The notes below the pieces were generated by a model that ran no database searches, was not told where the DNA came from, and worked only from the letters and a program-made list of their open reading frames with translations. From assembly GCA_964016885.1 (NCBI GenBank), contig OZ024742.1, forward strand, positions 8,866,001-8,930,000: a stretch of DNA of 64,000 nucleotides. Reading direction: 5' to 3'. Shown piece by piece: positions 29,570 through 42,469 of this stretch. Source of the stretch: Eledone cirrhosa (lineage: Eukaryota). The translations under genes and the position numbers were made by a program. Every line of letters begins with the position of its first letter. Position 1 is the stretch's first letter.

Positions 29570-29894
29570 TTATTTCCATATCACAAGGCAGAAAGCCTTT
29601 TAGTTAGTAAATATATCGCTTCCTGTCCGATGCATGAGGTCAGGCCGTTAAAGTGACCCACATAAATAGGCCGTAAGAAAAAGCGGGAATTATAGACTTC
29701 TTGAAATTTCATGTTACTAAAAATAGCAGCACGATACAACATTTTTTTCTCTACATAGAAGGAGAATACATATAAATGATATAAATATTCCAGTAGGTAC
29801 TAAGTACCCACGGAAATATACATGGTGTCTATAACAGTTGTTGTTCAATGGTACTAATTTGAGATACAGAACTATAAAAATGAACGGATATATA

Positions 29895-30085
29895 TGCGTA
29901 GAAGGAAGACGCAGTAGAGGAAGACCACGAAAAGCATGGGCGGAGGTGGTGAGAGCGGACCTCAGATCGCTAAATCTCACGTAGGAGACTACTAAAGACC
30001 GTGACAAGTGGAGAGAGTCTGTGCTGAATAGGATTCGTCCCACCCTTGCAAGCAGGGAATAGCGGACGTAAGATGATGGTGATGC
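29895..30085 (+). mobile_element. RTE 3'-end fragment
   Basis: GRRSRGRPRKAWAEVVRADL...DRDKWR, then gacgtaagatgatggtgatg tail. Confidence 0.65.
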
Positions 30086-30118
30086 GTATGTGTATATATG
30101 GGTATATGTGTGTGTTTA

Positions 30119-30149
<31 letters not shown>

Positions 30150-30306
30150 CTATGTATAGCTATCTAGATAGATAGATAGATTCCCGAGTTGTGTCAGGGG
30201 ATAACCATGGTTAAAAAAAGATAATTCAATACGTTACTAGAATATAGACATTTTTATTATATACGGAAGTAACATTTACGGGACTATAGCTGTTTCAGTC
30301 GTGTGA

Positions 30307-30386
<80 letters not shown>

Positions 30387-30575
30387 AAATAGGATTTTTT
30401 GGTAAAAAGAACCCAAAGAAAAAGAAAATAACGAGATGTCCAACACGGGTGGAAATATGAGAAAAAGATATTGAATATGATATGTATGAACATTTAATAT
30501 AGAAAGGCTTCTACAGGTCTAGAACAGATTCCTTCGAATGAAACAGTTCTAGTCCTCTAGAGGCCGTTTGTATAT

Positions 30576-30663
<88 letters not shown>

Positions 30664-31229
30664 AAAATGTTTAAGATCCCGACGGCAGAGCTCAAGCCGT
30701 TTCGACGGCTATTTCTGGACTAAATTAGAATTTTTAGCGTGGTAATAAATAGCCGACAATTTCAATGGGTAATTCCTTATATGGGAATATTGTAGTTGTC
30801 AAAAGGATTGGTCAACATTTTTTGTGGACACAATTAAATTTTTCATGGCGGTGAGTGGGAGGTGGGGGTGGCTGAACGTGCCTGTAGAACAATGAGGAAG
30901 TGGGTGGAGCCGGTCAAGCGTTGAAATTGAATTCTATACAGGAAATTCTAAGGAGTGCGTGTGAAATTAGGCTAGCTAGAAAGCAGGCAGAACAGAAATC
31001 TGGAGGAATCTGAGAGTGAGAAGTTATAACATTTAAAAGTTAATAAATTGAGATTAAAAAATTATTGTTATAGCAACAACAACAACAACAACAGCAACAA
31101 CAACAGTAATAACAATAGCAACAATAACAACAACTGCAATAACAATAATAATAAAATCAAATATTAATAGAAATTGAATAATTTGTTTGATAATGATATC
31201 GTTAAGTGTAAAATCTACAGCAAATATAA

Positions 31230-31800
31230 CTGACGATATATAAAACAGAAATACAACGAAACATATAAAACTGAAATACAACAATACTGTTATAAATACA
31301 ACGAAACAGATATAAAACAGAAATACAACCAAATAGATATAAAACAGAAATATGACAATGCAAATATAAAACTGAAATATAACAATACAGATATAAAACT
31401 GAAATATAACAATACAGATATTTATCAGAAATACAATACAGATATAAAACAGAAATACAACAATACAGATATAAAACGAAATGCAACAATACAGATATAA
31501 AACAGAAAATACGACGGTGTAGATATAAAACTGGAATACAATAAAACAGGTATAAAAAAGACCTATAAAAATACATATATTAAACAGAAATATAACAATA
31601 CAGATATAAAACAGAACTATAAAGATTCCTATATTAAACAGAAATATAACAATACAGATATAAAACAGAACTATAAAGATTCCTATATTAAACAGAAATA
31701 TAACAATACAGATATAACACAGAATTACTACAAAACAGATATTTATCAGAAATACAACAATACAGATATAAAACTGAAATACAACAATACAAATATAAAA
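31230..31800. repeat. 27-bp A-rich minisatellite (aaaacagaaatacaacaatacagatat)
   Basis: About 20 tandem diverged units directly upstream of the Tx1-like ORF1. Confidence 0.9.
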
Positions 31801-31937
31801 CACTGAAAACAGAAAGAAAATACAAAGCATATAATGGAACATTTAAACCTAATAAAATATTAATAAATTAATAGATATTCCTTACTTTTAGCCTCTATAC
31901 ATCGGTTTGTATCTATCCACCTCCTCTCACCACCTCA

Positions 31938-32033
31938 TTGAAAGACATCGAAAATGTCGTCAGTTTTGAAAACACGATGTCGGACGTTGATTGTAACATC
32001 AACACAAACACAAACACCAATAACATGCAAAAT

Positions 32034-32069
<36 letters not shown>

Positions 32070-33580
32070 AATGACAACAAGAACAACAACAGCAACAATG
32101 ATAACAACAACACCACCAACAACAACAGCAACAATGATAACAACAACACCACCAACAACAGCAGCAACACGAACAACTCCACGAACAAGGAAAATATTTC
32201 CTTTGCTCAAACCGTCCAAAAGACGGAACTGTTCACATACCTAGATATTTCCAATGCTAGGGAAATGTTAAGCGATGCAAAACAGTACGTAACTTTTGGT
32301 GAGAGTGGTGCTTTCAGCATCACTTCTCAACAGTTACGCAGAGAAACTGTCCTAAAAACAGTAATTTTTAGGCGGTTTCAAATGTGTCGAAAAAACCAGT
32401 TCAATTATCTCAAAACGATATTGAACTGGTTCTGAAGAATTCCATGAAGGATATTGCCTTCATCCAAAAAGGGAAACTTTTTTGAAGCATTTCGGTGTTG
32501 TTGAAATACCAATTGACAGAACAAAAATATTCTGTATCGCCGATTGTGTCCGCCCCCCCTCCTTTACACCTTTTTCAGCACATATATGGGAAAAAGAACA
32601 CAAAACATAAAAATTTCGAACATTGCACCAAATGTAAACGTCTAGTGGATTCTAACTGGCTTCATCGATTTCAACGAAGACACCATCATTTCGGTGGGAA
32701 AGTCCTCCAGAGGCACATTCAATGGTACAAGCATGGTAGTTCTGGTCCAAATGAGGCCAGAACGGATAGCTAAAATACCCCAACGTGTGCCTCTGGATGG
32801 AATTTCACACATAAACATTTCTGTTACCACTGTTTAAGCAGTGGTCACCTGAAGGCTTACTGTCCTCAGTTAACTAAAAAAGAAAAGAGGCACTACTGCC
32901 AACACCCAAAACAACAACACAACCACCACCACCACCACAACAACAACAACAACAACACCAACACGCAAACCCAACCAAAACAAGAACAAAAAACCAACCT
33001 GCAAGCACAGTCGCACCCAACCCCACTCCACCTAAAACCACTGCAAAAACACCCACAAACACAACAGCTCCCCAAAACATACCCCTTCCAAATAACACAG
33101 ACACCACAACGGACGAGGCCCTCACATCATCACCAAGTGACGATGAGGGAGAGCCTCTCCGTTCGAAAAGAAAGAAGAAAAGACACCACAAGAACAAAAA
33201 AACAACAAACATCACTACAAACATACAACCACCAACACAAACAACACAAACATTACAAAGAAAACCCCCCCATCCCGAAAACAAAACCACGACATCACTC
33301 CAAACGCAAACACCTACAACAAAACGAAAGCTCCCACAAAAACAAAAGACAAAAACCACCGCAACAAGAACATTACACATAAATAAACAGTAAAAAGAAA
33401 ACTTTAATGGAGGTCATCTTCAACGACCCTTCGGTGAAAACCGAAGGGAAAACTTTTTCGAACTGTGTAGACAAACCTAATTTAAAGATGTTTAAGGTCC
33501 CTACGGACACCTATAAGTCTTTAAAGGAAAACTTTGCTAAGGACGTGGCTAATTCTTGTGTTAAACCCATTAACCGCGTC
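31938..33580 (+). pseudogene. ORF1 (gag-like) of a Tx1/L1-clade LINE, frameshifted
   Basis: Asn-rich N-terminus and SFAQTV motif. CCHC knuckle CYHCLSSGHLKAYC encoded at 32822-32863. Thr/Pro/Lys-rich C-terminus. Confidence 0.7.
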
Positions 33581-33780
33581 CTTTTAAAAAGTTTCCCCAC
33601 CCTCATCCCAGACACACCCACCCTAGACACCCCCACTCCCCCAAATCACCGTCCCACCTCCGCCGGAAACCACCACCCCACCAAACATCTCCGACGCCAC
33701 TAAGACCCCCATGGAAACCGTGCGGCCTGATCCCCGGGAGAGAGTGTTTCCTTCTCTTCTTTTAACTTTTCAGAACCAAC

Positions 33781-36700
33781 ATGGCCAATATAAGAGTTGG
33801 ATGTGTGAATGTGCACGACCTGGGGATGCCCTGGAAACAGGGCAAACTCTTAAACAACCTCAGGTTGCACAGTATGGATGTAGTAGCCATTTGCGAGTCC
33901 AGGATCCACAGCGAGCGACAGCTGGCCCCCATCTTCGACGACTTTGAGATCTACGCATCTCTCTGTCGGCCGGGGGTGGGGGCAGTATTGCCGTTTTGCT
34001 GCGGAAACACCTGGGCCTCGTAACACAGACGGTACATCTGGACACGGAGGGTCGACTGGTGGTCCAAGACGTTGACGGTAGTGATGGTGGAGCCTTCAGG
34101 CTGGTGGCCGCATATGCCCCATCCGGTACACCGCGGCCAGACTTCTTCAAACGTCTAGAGACTTTTCTGGGAACGTCCCGCTCCATGCTTTTAGTGGGGG
34201 ACTGGAATGGAATCCTAGATGCACGTTGGTGTCTATGTGGGAGCATGTCCCGATAAAGGGGGGGGGGGTGTAACAGCCTCAAACAGATAATCAGCCGATT
34301 TGACCTGGCCGATAGATATCGACTAGATTTTCCGACTGTGCCACTGTGGAAGTGGACTAATCGCAGCGGAACATCTAGATCGTACCTAGATAGGGTTCTA
34401 GTTAGAAATAAGGATAGGGACATGTTAAGCTGTCCACAAATGTTCATGGTTGCCTATTCAGATCACAAACTAGTAACCTGCATGGTCAACCTTGATAGAA
34501 CCCATAGACAAGGACCCGGCTACTGGAAGCTGAACTTGTCGTTACCGACATGCAAAGCCTACAGTAGACGGATTAGCACTTTAGTTAAACAGCACTTGAC
34601 AGGGGCCATTGTCAACAACAGATGGTGGTACTCTCTCAAGAGGGCAGTTAGATTAAACTCATTAGTTTTTAGTAAAGAATTAGCGTTAGATAGAAATAGA
34701 ACCGAGAAGGAACTGGTAGATAAAGTAGAAGAGGCAAGTAGAAGTGGCAACGTAACCAGCGTGCTAGCAACGAGAACGGCCTTGGACCAGTTCTTCGACG
34801 CAAATCACGAGGGCTGCGTTGTCAGAAGCAAAATACGTGCTCTGGGAAACGAGGTAGCCAAAGCTGTTAGCTGGGCCCGAGTGACGGAGGCAAAAAGTGG
34901 CAACAAGTCCACGATTCGGTCTTTGAAGGACCAAAATGGACGGGTGATACGTGAGACGAAGCAGATGTGTGCGGCCTTTCAGCGGCACTTTGCTCAACTG
35001 TTCGGGCAGGGCGGTGCGCCGGGAGAGGCTATGGATTTCGGTCCATACCTCGACGGCCTACCGCGACTCTCGGACAGCGAGGCAAAGTTCTTTGAAAGGC
35101 CGATTTCAGCCGCTAAGATAGAAGACGCGCTGAGCCAATGCGGCAAACGCAAATCTCCAGGTCTCTACGGTCTATCCTACGAATTTTACGTAGCAATGCC
35201 GGACTTATTCTCCGGTCTCCTGGAAGCGGTCTTCTGCAACTGGCAACAGAACGAGAGAATTCCCAGTTCTGTGACTGCGGGCGTAGTCACACTAGTCAGG
35301 AAGGACGAGAATAAGGGGGATGACATAGGCAACTTCCGGCCCATAACTCTGCTAAACACAGAGTTACAGATTTTGGCCAAGGTGTTGCAAAGAAGCTGGC
35401 GCTTGTCGTCGAGAACCTGGTGGGAAAAGCGCAGACATGCGCAATGCCGACCAGGTCCATACACGTCAACCTCCACCTCATGCGATACATCATAGAGAGG
35501 GTAGGGTGTAAACCCGGCTTCGGTGGGGCCCTGATCAACTTGGATCAGTCTAAGGCTTTCGATAGGGTTGACAATCGTTACCTGGATGCGGTGCTCGAGG
35601 CGGCAGGCTTCGGACCCGTGTTCAGGGGCTGGATTGCTGCACGGCACAACAGCAACATCTGCTCAAGGGTCAAGGTGAACGGCTACCTCTCGGAGCCGTT
35701 CCATATCACGAGATCCATTCGAAAGGGATGCCCTCTTTCCTCCCTTCTGTACGTACTGACTCTCGAGCCACTACTGCGGAAGTTGGTGCTATTGCAGGGC
35801 ATCCCTCTGGAACCGGGACTGCGGAAAGCGGCGTCGGCCTACGCCGACGACGTCACAGTAATGGTGTCGAGCGCCTCGCAAATCAAGGAAGTCGGCACCT
35901 TACTGAAGGAATACGAAAGGTTTACAGGAGCGAAGCTGAACCGGGACAAGTCCATCGGTTTGCAACTCGGATCGTGGAGACGCAAACCGATGCCTTCCGA
36001 TGGTGTCGTCGGACGCTGGACGGAAGGACCGGTAAAGCTGCTCGGGGTCTGGTTTGTTCCGGACCTCCAGGTGGAGAAGAACTGAAACGAGGTGACGGCC
36101 AAGGTGTTTGCACTCACCCAGAAGTGGGCCGAGTGCAAACTATCCTTGAAAGGTCGAGCGGAGATGGCGAACACTTTTATAGCGTCCGCCATCTACTACC
36201 GCTTGACTGTCGTGCCTTGTCCAGACAAAACGCTCACCAAAATGGAGCGCGCTCTCTTCCAATTCCGTTGGAAGAGGCGGGCTCCTTTGGTGAGAAGATC
36301 CATCTGCTGCCAACACCCTTCCAACGGAGGGCTGGGGAGCCGTGGCTGACGATGCGCAAACACGCGCTCAGTCTGCGGCATCTCTACGTATTCCTCACCG
36401 GACAACCGGTGTGGGCCCCGTTCGTGAGGCGAACCTTCCCACGACTCGTCTCGCTGACCGAGCTGCAGTCCTGGGTCAAGAAAAGACCGGGGGAAATGGG
36501 CCACTGGCACATCGAATGTGCTCAGGCGCTCACAGCCCTTTGGCAGGCGGACCCGGCGATCAGTAGAGACTCCACTTCGTCATTCTATAGAGGGTTGATC
36601 CGCAGCAAGTGCAACGACGCGCTCGGTGGAACTCTAGGCGTAGAGGAAGACGAACTGGCCAGTCTGTTCGGCAGGACCTTCCGCTCGGGACCGATGGACA

Positions 36701-37220
36701 ACTTCCAAAATCCCTGGCCTAGCAGTGCTACCGAAGAGCTCTACCAGTTCGAGACAAGCTCTACAGACATGGGCACCCGGGCAGGGACCCTGCAAAAAAG
36801 ATCTGTCCTAGGTGCGTGCGAGACGAAGAAACCGTCGCGCACGCATTCATACACTGCCCTGGCGTCACCCACCTGTGGGGCTATGTAGAACGACTATTGT
36901 CGAGGGTGGGACCAATCCGGTGGACCACCGAATCCATTGTCATGATCAAACAGCCACCCTCCTTCAAAAACGAAGGAGAGGCGGTTTTCCTTTCTGTGAT
37001 AGCTATGGCGAAAGGGGTTGTATGGTGGACAAGGTTGAAAGGGCTGAGGTCAGACACCTTTCTCTCCGGCCAACTACTGATTCTTTTTTTCAAATACCAC
37101 TTTGGAAGAAGAATCAGGATGGAGAGAGAGGTGCTGTACCCCAGCAAGTTTTATGAAAGGTGGGAGAGAGTGGCGAGAATGGCCCGAGTGAATGGGCCTT
37201 CTCTCTATATCAGCCTGTAA
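33781..37220 (+). pseudogene. ORF2 of a Tx1/L1-clade LINE (APE + RT + C-terminal zinc finger), frameshifted
   Basis: VGCVNVHDL, DVVAICES, VGDWNG, SRSYLDRV, SDHKLV, GPGYWKLN, FRPITLLN, LDQSKAFDRV, GCPLSSLLYVL, AYADDVT, CPRCVRDEETVAHAFIHCP. 3' UTR ends gctaataaagaaacatat near 37460. Confidence 0.95.
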
Positions 37221-37474
37221 GTTGAGGAAAAAGAGGAGAGGAAAGGAGTACAAACTCTTCGTACTCCTGGAGATGAGGGTTGCACATGTTTTTTCGGGCG
37301 TATGTGTTACCCATATGTAATGTCTCCCCCTATTGGGGAAAATCGACTAATTTTTAAATTGCATTTGTGATAATATTTTACAGGTTTTTATTGTATGTAA
37401 ACTTCCCCCTTTGTATTTGTCCCATCCTTTTGTGCCCCTGTGGCTAATAAAGAAACATATCTATTTATAAATAG

Positions 37475-37509
<35 letters not shown>

Positions 37510-37514
<5 letters not shown>

Positions 37515-38145
37515 AAAAAGAGATGAAATCGAAAATGCAACTGGAGACTTATTTAAAAAAAATATATATATATTTATTTGGTTCCTTTACCGGTTTCGCA
37601 GTTCTTCTGCTTTTCAAAAGGTGAGTTGAGATGGAGGGTCTGTGATTTTTCTCACATCTGGTTGGTCTCTGAATGTTACTTGTTTTGTATGGAAAAAGTG
37701 GCTCGAAATGCCAGGTTTTTCGAGAAGCAATTTGATTGGTTTGTCAATAATTATAATAAATTTCGCGCCAGTTCGCGTTACAATAGTTCTTCAAATAAGA
37801 GAGAGGGCGGGGGGGGGGGTTGTCACAGGTTGTTTTTTCATATATGAGTGTTTGAATTTCTTTTTACTTGAAAAAAGGAGGCTCACGAAGGCTTTTTTTT
37901 GGTTGGTTATAAATGAAATTTGGCTGTCACGTGAACAAGTTTTCATTACATTTTTGCGCCCTTATTTGGAAAACTATTCTGTAGTCTTTATAGTGAATGT
38001 TATGACAATGGAGAGATAGTGGTCAAGAGAAAAGGGATTGGGAGAATTATTTTGGTTCAGTGAATATGGCCAGCTCGCCGGGGTGTCAGAGTTCAGATTT
38101 TCTATTTAAGTGAAGATATGTATGTTTATTTGTGTGCTTGTGTGT

Positions 38146-38187
<42 letters not shown>

Positions 38188-40568
38188 TGGAAGATGATTC
38201 TATTAGTAGAGATGGGGGAGGGAGTTGTGTGTGTGTGTATATGGGTGTTATGTGTGTGTGTGCGAGTATGTTAAGATGGAGAGAATATATATTTTGTGTG
38301 TGTGTATATATATGTGTGTAGGGAAGTGGTTCTATTAGTAGAAATGGGGAGGGAGTTGTAGGTGTGGGGGTTGTTATGTGTGTGTATGGGTGTTATGTGT
38401 GTGGGAGTATGGTTAGCATGTTAAGATGAAGAGAATATATATATATATATATTGTATGTGTATGTGTGTATGTAGGAAAGTGATTCCTTTAGTAGGAATA
38501 TTTTTGAATGAACATATTTTCCTTACTTTTTCGTGTTTGCTGGTGTATTGCCAGTGCAAACGTATGTTAAGGTTTATTTAGTTCGGGCTTTTATTTTCTA
38601 AAGTAGAAGGTATTATGTGTGTGTGTGTATGTCATATTGTGGTGTTGACATAATGTATATTAAACCTTATTTAATGTTGGTCTATATTTTTGAATAAACA
38701 TATTTTCCTTATTTATTCGCATTTGTTCTGTTGTATTGTTAGCGCAAAGGTAAAATGGGAAGACTTGGAATTTGGGTGTCTTATTACTTGCGCAAATGTC
38801 TAGATGTGCACTTAGTGGTATCTGTCTCGTGGTTGGATCTCGTAATTGTTGGCGATGAACTGTCATTCTGTTTCTGAGTGTGAGTTTAGTTTGTCCTATA
38901 TAATCTTCATTGCATCCTTTACATTTAATGGCATAAAGTAGATTTTTTTGATGAGCAAGTGAAGTGATTTTTTACAGTAAAATTTTGTCCTGATTTGAAT
39001 GTATACGTGTTGCCTTCAATGAGGTGAGTGCAGGATCCACAATTAGAGCGACCACATTTTTTGATACTTGGTTGTGGGTTTGTGGTAGGTAATTTGGCAT
39101 TGGTGAGTAATGTTTTCAGTGATTTTGGTTGTCTTTTGCTTTTGATTATTTTGTGTGTTTCAAGGGCTTTTTTCATTCTTGGGTTTTGTTTTAGTAGTGG
39201 GATGTTATTGTGAATAGTGTTGTAAGCTTCCGCATTTCTTGGGTTGTGTGTTGAGATATATGATAGAATATTGGACGTACCTTGAATTTGTTTCTGTTTC
39301 CGTAATTCATCAATGCCTATTGCTTTAGCCCTTTCTATTCCATTATTTATTAGTAATAGTGGGTACTCTCTCTCGAGTAGAATTTCCTTTAATTCTTGGA
39401 GTCTTTTATTTCGCGTTTCATAATTGGAGACAATTGTGCAAATTCTTCTTGCTAGGTTAAAAGGAATGTTCGTCTTCGTGTTCTTTGGATGGTTGGAGGT
39501 GAATAGCAGATATTGTTTGGAATCTGTTGGTTTGTAGTGTATGTCAGTTTCGATATTTGTGTCTTTTTTATGATTAAGATGTCCAGAAATGGGAGTTGAT
39601 CTTGGCTGTATTCCAGTGTGAATTGGATGTGGTTATTGATGCCGTTTATTAAGTTTTTGAAATCCTTCAGTTGGTCGAGTGTGTGGGACCAAAGAATGAG
39701 GCAATCATCCAAGTAGCGTTTCCAATTCTCTGATAAATATTTGTGGAAGTTCAATCCGTATTTTGATTTGGTCTGTTCATATATCTGGACTTCTAAGTAT
39801 GCCATGACTAAGTTGGCATAAGTTGGAGCGGCTTTTGTGCCCATCGCAGTCCCCGATATTTGCTTGTAAGTATTGCCATCGAAATCAAAAAAGTTGTTCT
39901 GTAGGATGAATTTTAATCCCGCGGTGATGAAGCTTTTTTCTATTCTGTCAGGTATCTCATTGGGATATTTCTCTAGCCAGAATCCTATTGCTTCTAGTCC
40001 GTATTGGTGTGGGATCGTTGTGTAGAGATTCACTACATCGAAAGACACAATAATAGTGTCGTTGTTGACATGTTTGGGGAGGTGGTTTAAGAGGTCCAGA
40101 TCGTCTCTTACAAGGCTTGGTATGTGTTTCAGTATTGGTTTCAGTAGTATGTCTATAAAGTTGCTCAATCTGTGTGTTTCACATTGTGGGCCCGCTACAA
40201 TTGGTCTTAATTTAAGGTCTGTGGGGTATTGTGTGTTCACGCAGGCTGAGGTGGATTGTTTACAGGCATCGTTGATTATTTTACATTTGTGGATCTTCGG
40301 AAGTCCGTAAATGTTGCTGGTTTTGTATTCAAAATTTGTTAAATAATCGCGTTCCTTTTTAGTTAGGTCTTCCTGGTATCGATAAATCCGTGTGTTTAAT
40401 TTGGTCATTATTTTTGATTGCTGGTAGTTTTTTACTCTTTCATAGTAATTAGTATTTTGTAAGAGAGAGAACATAGAATTTTTATATTTTTCAGCCTCCA
40501 TAATGACAACAGTACTTCCCTTGTCCGCTTCCTTAATTACAATGTCCGTATTGTTTTTTAGTTCATGG
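37510..40568 (-). mobile_element. 5'-truncated Penelope-like element (Neptune type) inserted in (TA)n
   Basis: RT motifs [49 protein letters not shown] (39452-40565). Linker CGRSNCGSC. GIY-YIG YAIKC...YIGQT...R..VH. Frameshifted; (TA)n on both flanks. Confidence 0.93.
37584..37621 (-). ncRNA. Minimal type I hammerhead ribozyme, U3-A8 core variant
   Basis: cctt-TTGAAAA-gcag-aagaa-ctgc-GAAA-CCGG-TA-aagg. Confidence 0.7.
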
Positions 40569-40608
40569 ATATATATATATATATTTATTTATTTATTTAT
40601 TTATATAA

Positions 40609-40744
<136 letters not shown>

Positions 40745-40768
40745 GTGAGGGTTTTTTACAGAACGGAA

Positions 40769-41183
<415 letters not shown>

Positions 41184-41903
41184 GGAGAATAGAAATGGCT
41201 GTGTAGTTGCTATTTAAGGTAAGTTAAATGCAGTGGGAATACGAAGAAAGCAAGAACGGGGCGTCCTCATCAGTTGTCTACTGGGGCTTTCGGATATTTC
41301 TATGCTTTAAAGATAAGATACCACTTCACCCCAGGGCGTCAATAACTGGATAAGTTATTGGGAAAACGAAGGAAGGAGGGAAGGAAAGTAAAGGGGAAGA
41401 AAAGAGAAACAGTAACAAAACACCGAAAAAAACAACACAAACCGATCAATGTGCGAGCAACTATAGGAAGGAGATCCAAGACCACTCGATAAGAGAACTT
41501 AAGTTCAAGACTGAGTGGTCGAGTGGAAGGAGACACACATCCGATCACCGCAGTTGTAAGTGAGAAGAGAACTGCTAAACGGTCAGACGAAGGGGTGAAA
41601 GTGAGAGAGAGAAAGAGGGAGAGGAAAAAAGTGGGTAAGAGTAGAAAGTGGCGAAATAGGTAGGTAGAAGGCGAGAGAAGAATGGTCGGCGAAAATCATG
41701 ATGAAATATATGGAGAATAGAAATGGCTGTGTAGATGGTATTTAAGGTAACATAAAATGCAGTGGGAATACGAAGAATGCAAGAATAGGGGGCGGGGGTT
41801 ATATATATGTATGTATGTAAAAGGTAAAAGGAAGTAACAACACAATCGGTACAGTATATGGAAGGGATATATTTGGTTAACGCTTGATATAGCAGGAAGA
41901 GGG

Positions 41904-41939
41904 TCTCAACGTTTCGGACGCTGGTCCTTCATCAGAAGA
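41904..41939 (-). ncRNA. Minimal type I hammerhead ribozyme (Penelope type)
   Basis: tctt-CTGATGA-a-ggac-cagc-gtcc-GAAA-CG-TT-gaga. Confidence 0.7.
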
Positions 41940-41965
41940 AGGAATGAGAAATAAAATAGATTGAC

Positions 41966-42073
<108 letters not shown>

Positions 42074-42469
42074 CGTCTGACCAATTTCTCCAGAATTCAG
42101 TTGTATTGTCTGAAACAATTTTCATTGTCGTTACCTTCGAGAAAACAAAGAGTAACATAATGGTCCTGGGGGTGAAGGAAGGGAGTTTGGTTTAGTGGGA
42201 AACAGAGGTAGGAGAGAGAGAGAGTGTGTGAGGGAGAGAGAGAGGAGAGAGGGAGAGAGATAGGGAGAGATAGAGAGGGGGAGGGAGAGATTCCGGTAAA
42301 TTTAGAAAATTAAAAAAAACTACGGTGAGGATTAGAGAGTGGTAAGAGATGAGGAGTATTAAGTGATGACAATGTCACTGCATTAGCGATACACGTAATC
42401 AATCACCTTGCCTTTATCCAATCTGCATCTAATCTCTTTTCATATATTAGAGCTATGGAATATATCCCG

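Noticed and set aside
37440-37480. Tx1 target specificity for U2 snRNA, tRNA or 5S
   Set aside because: The 3' flanks of both copies are AT-rich (catatctatt / catatagatc) with no recognisable small-RNA gene.
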